DNA of 13,865 nt from Octopus sinensis (lineage: Eukaryota): contig NW_021825883.1 of NCBI RefSeq assembly GCF_006345805.1, positions 1-13,865 of the forward strand, read 5' to 3'. Shown here in pieces: positions 8,271 through 13,865 of the stretch; position 1 is the first letter of the stretch, and each line of letters opens with the position of its first letter. Both the position numbers and the translations under genes were made by a program. The notes under the pieces are model-generated. The model was given only the letters and a program-made list of their open reading frames with translations, was not told the origin of the DNA and did not search any database.

Positions 8271-9041
8271 GTTCGTCCTTCGGTTCGAAGATGACCAATT
8301 GACATCATCTGATGGAACTGCCGCCATGAGACCTGAGGTGGCTGGTGAGGCCAATCCGGGCAAGGAAGCCCCTCCCACAGGTGGGGCAGAAGTGGGTAGG
8401 GGCCGTGCTACTGGTGCAGGCGGCTCTGGCTTTACGCATCTGACGTTTCTGCTCCGCTGACCGAATCCGTCCCTCCTCGGCTGTCCTTGCTCCCACGGTG
8501 ATTGCGCTGCGCCAGGATGAGCGGTTGGCAGCAAGTGTCTCCCAGGTCTCTGTTCCGATGGAGAAGTCTTTGAGAGAGATCTTGAGACTATCCTTGTAGC
8601 GCTTCTTCTGCCCTCCGACTTTGCGCCTGCCCTGGCCGAGTTCACCGTAGAAGAGTTTTGGGATGCGAGTGTCGGACATGCGGGAGACGTGGCCGCCCAT
8701 CTCAGCTGGGCCTTGCGCATGATTGTGATGATGCTAGGGAGATCTGCCTGCTTCAGAACTTCCGTGTCTGGGACTTTGTCCTGCCAGCGGATGTGAAGGA
8801 GGTTCCGAAGACACCTGAGATGGAAGTGGTTTATCTGGCGCTCGTGCCTTCGGTAAGCAGTCCACGTCTCGCAGCCGTATAGTAGGGTGGTAAGCACGAC
8901 TGCCCGGTAGACTTTCAGCTTGGTGTTGAGGCTGATTCCTCTCCGCTCCCAGACTTCTTTCGCATCTCTCCCAAACGCGCTGCTTGTCTTGGAGATTCTG
9001 TTGATGGTTTCAGCATCTATGTTGGCATTGCAGGAGAGAGT

Positions 9042-10010
9042 GCTGCCCAGGTAGGTGAAGTTTTCCACCACTCGTAGGATCCGTCCGTTCACCCTTATCT
9101 GAGGCTCATGGTATTGTTTGCCGGGGGCTGGCTGAAACATCACTTCGGTTTTCTTGGCACTGATGGTGAGACCGAAGTTGTCACAGGCTGATGAGAACCT
9201 GTCCATCTCGAGCTGCATCTCCTGCTCATCGATTGCATTAAGGGCGCAGTCGTCAGCAAAGAGAAAGTCTCTGACGACTGTCTCCCTCACCTTTGTGACA
9301 GCCTGCAATCTTCTGGAGTTGAAAAGTTTCCCGTCTGTTCCTGTACTTGATGTTGATACCGGACTTGCAGTCCCTAAAGGCGTCGGACATCATTGCCGAG
9401 AACATGATGCTGAACAGTGTTGGGGCCAGGACACAGCCCTGCCTGACTCCGTTGGTCACCTGGAAGGCTTCAGATGAGTTGCCGTCTTCAAGGACTCTGG
9501 CTGTCATTCCGTCGTGGAACTGGCGGACAATTGCAATAAATTTGCTGGGGCAACCAAATTTTCCCATGACCTTCCATAGTCCCTCCCGACAGACTGTATC
9601 AAAGGCCTTGGTGAGGTCTACAAAGGTCATGCAGAGGTCAAGGTGCTGCTCCATGCATTTCTTCTGGAGCTGGCGGGCGGCGAATATCATGTCAGTGGTC
9701 CCTCGACTCGCGCGGAAGCCACACTGGCTCTCAGGGAGAAGGCCTTGCTCCAAGTGTTCCAGAAGGCGGTCAAGCAGGACCCGGGCCAGGATCTTGCCTG
9801 CTATGGACAAGAGGGAGATACCTTGGTGGTTGTCGCAGGACTGCCGATCTCCTTTCCGCTTATAAATGTGGACGATTGTTGCGTCCCGGAAATCTTGAGG
9901 GAGTTGTTCCCTGTCCCACATCGACTTTAACAGGCTGGTGAGCTGACTGATGATGGTGGGGCCGCCCGACTTAAACACCTCTGCAGGGATGGCGTCAGAG
10001 CCTGGAGCTT
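9042..10010 (-). other. Non-LTR reverse transcriptase domain of the RTE ORF
   Basis: Motifs KAPGSDAIPAE, GISLLSIAGK, QCGFR, FVDLTKAFDTV, GVRQGCVLAPTLF, LFADD (catalytic, 9249-9260) and FTYLGS. Confidence 0.95.
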
Positions 10011-10740
10011 TGCCGGCGGACATTTTTTTGATGGCTCTACTCACTTCCTCGACTGCAGGGGGAACAGCCAACTCGTGGTTTTTCGGCACCTGGGGGAGTC
10101 GTGCGATGGCTTCCTCGTTGATCTGGGCTGGTCGGTTGAGCACGATGTTGAAATGCTCCGCCCATCTCTCCAGGATCAGCCTCTTGTTAGTCAGGAGTGA
10201 GGTTCCATCCGAGCTGAGCAGGGGGGTTGATCCAAAGGAGAACTGCGGTCCATAGACAGCTTTCAGCGCCTCGTAGAATTTCTTGGTGTCGTATTTGTCT
10301 GCGTATCCCTGAATCTCATCCGCCTTGGCGCTTAACCATGCGTCTTGCATGAGGCGGAGTTTAGCCTGGACTGTGCTGCGAATGTTGTTGAAAGCGGCCT
10401 TCTTTGCCGTGCAGGTGGTGTCATTTTGGTGAGCCCGCAGCAGACGGCGTTTCTCTTCCAGGAGCTTTTGGATTTCCTGGTCGTTTTCGTCGAACCAGTC
10501 CTAGTGGTTCCTCGTAACTTGGCCCAGAGTTTCAAGGGCGATGGAATGAACCGTGTCCCTGAATGATTCCCACTGCTCATCGATGCTGGACTGGTCACTC
10601 CGAATGTCCAACAGCTTGCTGTCCATACGTGACTGGAGATCTTGTGCAGTCAGCTGGTTCTTTAATTTCGTGATATTAAGCTTCCTCGTCACTTTCTGAC
10701 CCTGTGGTCTTCTCTTAGGTCGGATGTAGAAATCCATCCT

Positions 10741-11498
10741 GGAGATGACGAGGCGATGGTCCGTCCAGCAGTCAGCTCCGCACATGGCTTTGACCAGTCT
10801 CACGTCTTTCGCCCTGACGATGACGTAATCTATCAGATGCCAGTGTTTGGAGCGTGGATGCATCCATGATGTCTTGTTGCGTGTTGGCAGACGGAACAAG
10901 GTGTTGGCGATGGTAAGATCATGAGAGGCACACGCACGCAGGAGGAGCTGTCCGTTGCTGTTGCACTTTCCGATTCCTTGCTTTCCCAGTACGCGATGCC
11001 AGGCTTGGTGGTCAGTCCCGACACGGGCGTTAAAATCCCCAAGGAGGATGAGCTTCCCAGGCTGGGCTGACGTGATGAGGGAGTCGAGTTCCTCATAGAA
11101 CCTGTCCTTAACTTCTTCAGTGTTGGTCATGGTGGGGGCGTAAGCACTGATGATGGTCTCACTAGTCTTGTTTCCAAGTGGGAGCTGCATCTTCATCAGC
11201 CGATCGTTGATACCCTCGGGGTGGGGCTTTCCAGTTTCCGCACGTGTACTGACTTAATGGCAAAACCAACACCAGCCTCACGACGTTCTTCGCTGCTGCG
11301 ACCACTCCAAAAGAAAGTGTAGCCGCCGCCTGTCTCTGTCAGCTGGCCTTTGTCCGCAAGGCGGGTCTCGCTCAGTGCTGCAATATCGACATTGTATCGG
11401 CTCAGTTCTCTGGCCACCAGGGCAGTTCGTCTCTCTGGTCTGTCCGCTTTGGTGTTGTCAAGCAGAGTTCTCACGTTCCAAGTTGCGAAAGTGAGCAC
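10741..11498 (-). other. Apurinic-like (APE/EEP) endonuclease domain of the RTE ORF
   Basis: Motifs TWNVRTL, ALSETR, SAYAPT, LGDFNA, WMHPRSKHWHLIDYVIV and TDHRLV occur in the expected order. Confidence 0.93.
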
Positions 11499-11819
11499 CT
11501 TTGTTTGTTTTCTTCTTTCTTTGTTCGACCGCTGGAAAGGATCCCCGCCAGCCGCGGTTTGCTGACCAGGGTGAGGTGAGGCAGGCTATGTTAGGGCAAC
11601 CTTTTCTAGCCCGTCCTCATGCTGGGGAGGCGAGCAGAGCGATCCTGAAGAGGGCTGCTCGGTCACTCAGGAGGCTGCCGGACTCCACTGCTGCCTCAGT
11701 TCAGTGAGGGGCGACCACATGTCCTGAGCCGCCTGTGTGTGGGTTCACGACTGCAGCTCCCAGTGTATCCTCACCTGCTACTTCCCTTTTTCCCCATCGC
11801 CACAGGACTTTGGGATGGT

Positions 11820-11843
11820 GTCATGACGTCATGATGTCGTGAC
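11820..11843. promoter_or_regulatory. Tandem palindromic octamers forming a full CRE (TGACGTCA) in the RTE 5' UTR
   Basis: GTCATGAC-GTCATGAT-GTCGTGAC. It contains the perfect 14-bp palindrome TCATGACGTCATGA (11821-11834) and TGACGTCA at 11824-11831. Function is untested. Confidence 0.4.
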
Positions 11844-12654
11844 ATGCGCGTGAATTGGATTATAGTGAGGGTGACTTGCGCAGGATCAGCCTCACTCTCT
11901 CGTCCTGGTGCGCCGGATCCAGTGGCAAGACAAAGTCAAGACGACTGGGGTAAGACCAAGATGCAGGAGCTGCCGGAAGGTGCACGCATGGCGCAATCCA
12001 ACCGCCTTAGGGGCTCCACTCCGGATTTTGGATGGCTATTGACTCATGAGAGAGTTCCTCTGCCCTTTGACAGGTTTTGTTTTTAGTCCTGCTGGGTGTC
12101 CAAATCATCCTCCTCACCAAGAAATCTTGGTGGGGTTGCCAGTTTAGTCGCCAACGACCCGACCATGTAACAGGTTGTACTGGGTTACATGTTACCAGTA
12201 GCTCCAAGCTCCATAATATATAGACAGATACCTATGAAAGATGCAAGCACATTAATTCAACAAATAATGTAACAAATAATGTGATTATATTCATATAGCA
12301 TACAGTCAAAATCGAAACTTCAGTCTTATTCTGCATAGATATATATACACACAGGTAACAAATACAAGTATATGCATATACATACATGCGCAAAAACATC
12401 CACTAATACTAATACAAATATAAAGAGATTTTACCCTTTACATCATACAAAAGATATATGCATGTACATAGGTAGAGTTCACAGATCAAGAGGTAAGAGA
12501 TAGGCCGTAACGGGCTATGCTTACGTTGTTATTAATATACAGTTTTACAGTGGTTAAAATCTTCCGGGGGTAGGGGAGAGATTATTTACAATCTCAAGCT
12601 AAATCCAATTAGTTGACGTATTTGAAACTTCATTGTCTTAGATACGGATGGTTG

Positions 12655-12790
12655 GTTAAAATACACATACATACATATATGCGCACATACTCACGTACAC
12701 AAAGATATGCATATGTTCATAAATACACACATACATATACTTATATACACCCCCATACACATATACATATATATACATACATATACATAC
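12655..12790. repeat. Degenerate (ATAC/AC)n repeat
   Basis: Directly visible. Confidence 0.85.
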
Positions 12791-13559
12791 TAATAACTAA
12801 AATAATAATATTATAAACCATTTGAAGTGAAAACTATGCTAATTCCTAATATATAAAAAGTGGCCTAAATGGATATAATACGTTAGGAATATATATTTGG
12901 CAAAGGCTGGAAAATATTCAGACAAAACTTTTGAAAGAAGTAGAAGGTATGCATTGCACATTTGCCAAGATTTATGGTAAAGAAATAGGAAGAAATTTAC
13001 GAAAGATACAAAAATCAAATTCACCGTGTAAATATACCGTTACTATAATGCGAATCCTTACAATCAATTTAACATTAGCTTTTACACTTCTCCAATTAAA
13101 TTCATTGCAAAAGTTAAGTCGTATAAAATACCGTAATAAAAACAAAATATTCTGTATCTGACCATATATTATCTTCTAGTTTATGTTTATTATTGTGGAT
13201 ATTTTAGAGATCGATATACAATTTTAATGTTACTCAATTATGCAACTATTCATATTTTAATTCTGTATTAATACCTATCTATTCAATTATTCATCCATTT
13301 ACTGATATAAGATAGTTATTCAATATTAATCTAAGGTTATCCAATATCATATCCATGTACCCCTATATATAATAGGTAATTTATTATTGATCATAGGTTA
13401 TACAAGTATATCCTCGTAATTAAATAAATGTATGATCAAAACTATTGATATCGAGGGGGACCACATAAATAGTTAAAACTAAACAAACAAATATTCAGTC
13501 CACCCGTTTCCTATAAACATTTATAAATACAATACATACCCTAATCGAATGTAGGTTGA

Positions 13560-13865
13560 AGTACATAAGTAAATATATATATGCACATACATATATACAC
13601 TCGTATACGTACATAAACATTCACATGCACACCTGCATACAGTCCTATAAATAGCCACACATATGCAAAATATACATATACAATATACATACAAATACTC
13701 ATACATACACAGACATGAACATTCATACATACACATACACATATATACACATATATACATATATATACCCATATACCCACACATAAATACACATACACGT
13801 ACAGATATATACATACATACATATACATAAATACATACATACATACATACATACACATTTACACC
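13560..13865. repeat. Degenerate (ATAC/AC)n repeat to window end
   Basis: Directly visible. Confidence 0.9.

Larger units (their letters stand above)
8305..11498 (-). pseudogene. Disrupted RTE ORF (APE endonuclease + reverse transcriptase + C-terminal C2H2 finger), ~1060 codons when repaired
   Basis: Five track ORFs join into one protein. Lesions: +1 frameshift near 11222 (KLES/PEGINDRLMKMQL); in-frame TAG at 10501-10503 in H*DWFDEND (canonically HQDWFDEND); +1 frameshift near 9340 (KYR/TDGKLFNSRRL); -1 frameshift near 8696 (LRWA/GHVSRM). Natural stop TGA at 8305-8307. Confidence 0.93.
8271..12213 (-). mobile_element. Near full-length RTE-clade (BovB/AviRTE-like) non-LTR retrotransposon, ~3.9 kb
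   Basis: Sharp switch to GC-rich sequence at both ends. One long EN+RT reading frame, a ~700-nt 5' UTR and a very short 3' UTR ending ...GGTCATCTTCGAACCGAAGGACGAAC on the minus strand, which resembles RTE 3' ends. An AT-rich microsatellite-like tail follows. Confidence 0.95.

Noticed and set aside
8269-12086. Plus-strand ORFs overlapping the RTE (e.g. 9347-9865, 9950-10255)
   Set aside because: They are antisense shadows of a GC-rich coding sequence with no independent motifs.
12313-12330. GAAAC-TTCA-GTC, resembling hammerhead helix III
   Set aside because: No upstream CUGANGA or helix II.

Overview
AT-rich, microsatellite-dense metazoan non-coding DNA, probably intronic or intergenic. The SINE sequences resemble octopus families I recall, so the species is inferred, not shown. 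No intact host gene can be supported. The largest feature is a near full-length, GC-rich RTE-clade LINE on the minus strand (~8271-12213). Its single endonuclease + reverse transcriptase + C2H2 ORF is broken by three frameshifts and one nonsense codon. The window also holds five tRNA-derived SINE copies or fragments, a nested retroposon 3' tail and a ~100-bp inverted repeat bracketing one SINE. The best-supported unexpected element is a minimal type I hammerhead ribozyme of the Penelope-like kind (minus strand, 7649-7774). More tentative are an HDV-ribozyme-like fold at the RTE 5' end and a second, covarying copy of its core at ~5487-5527. Most ORFs in the supplied track are artefacts of simple repeats or antisense shadows of the RTE ORF.
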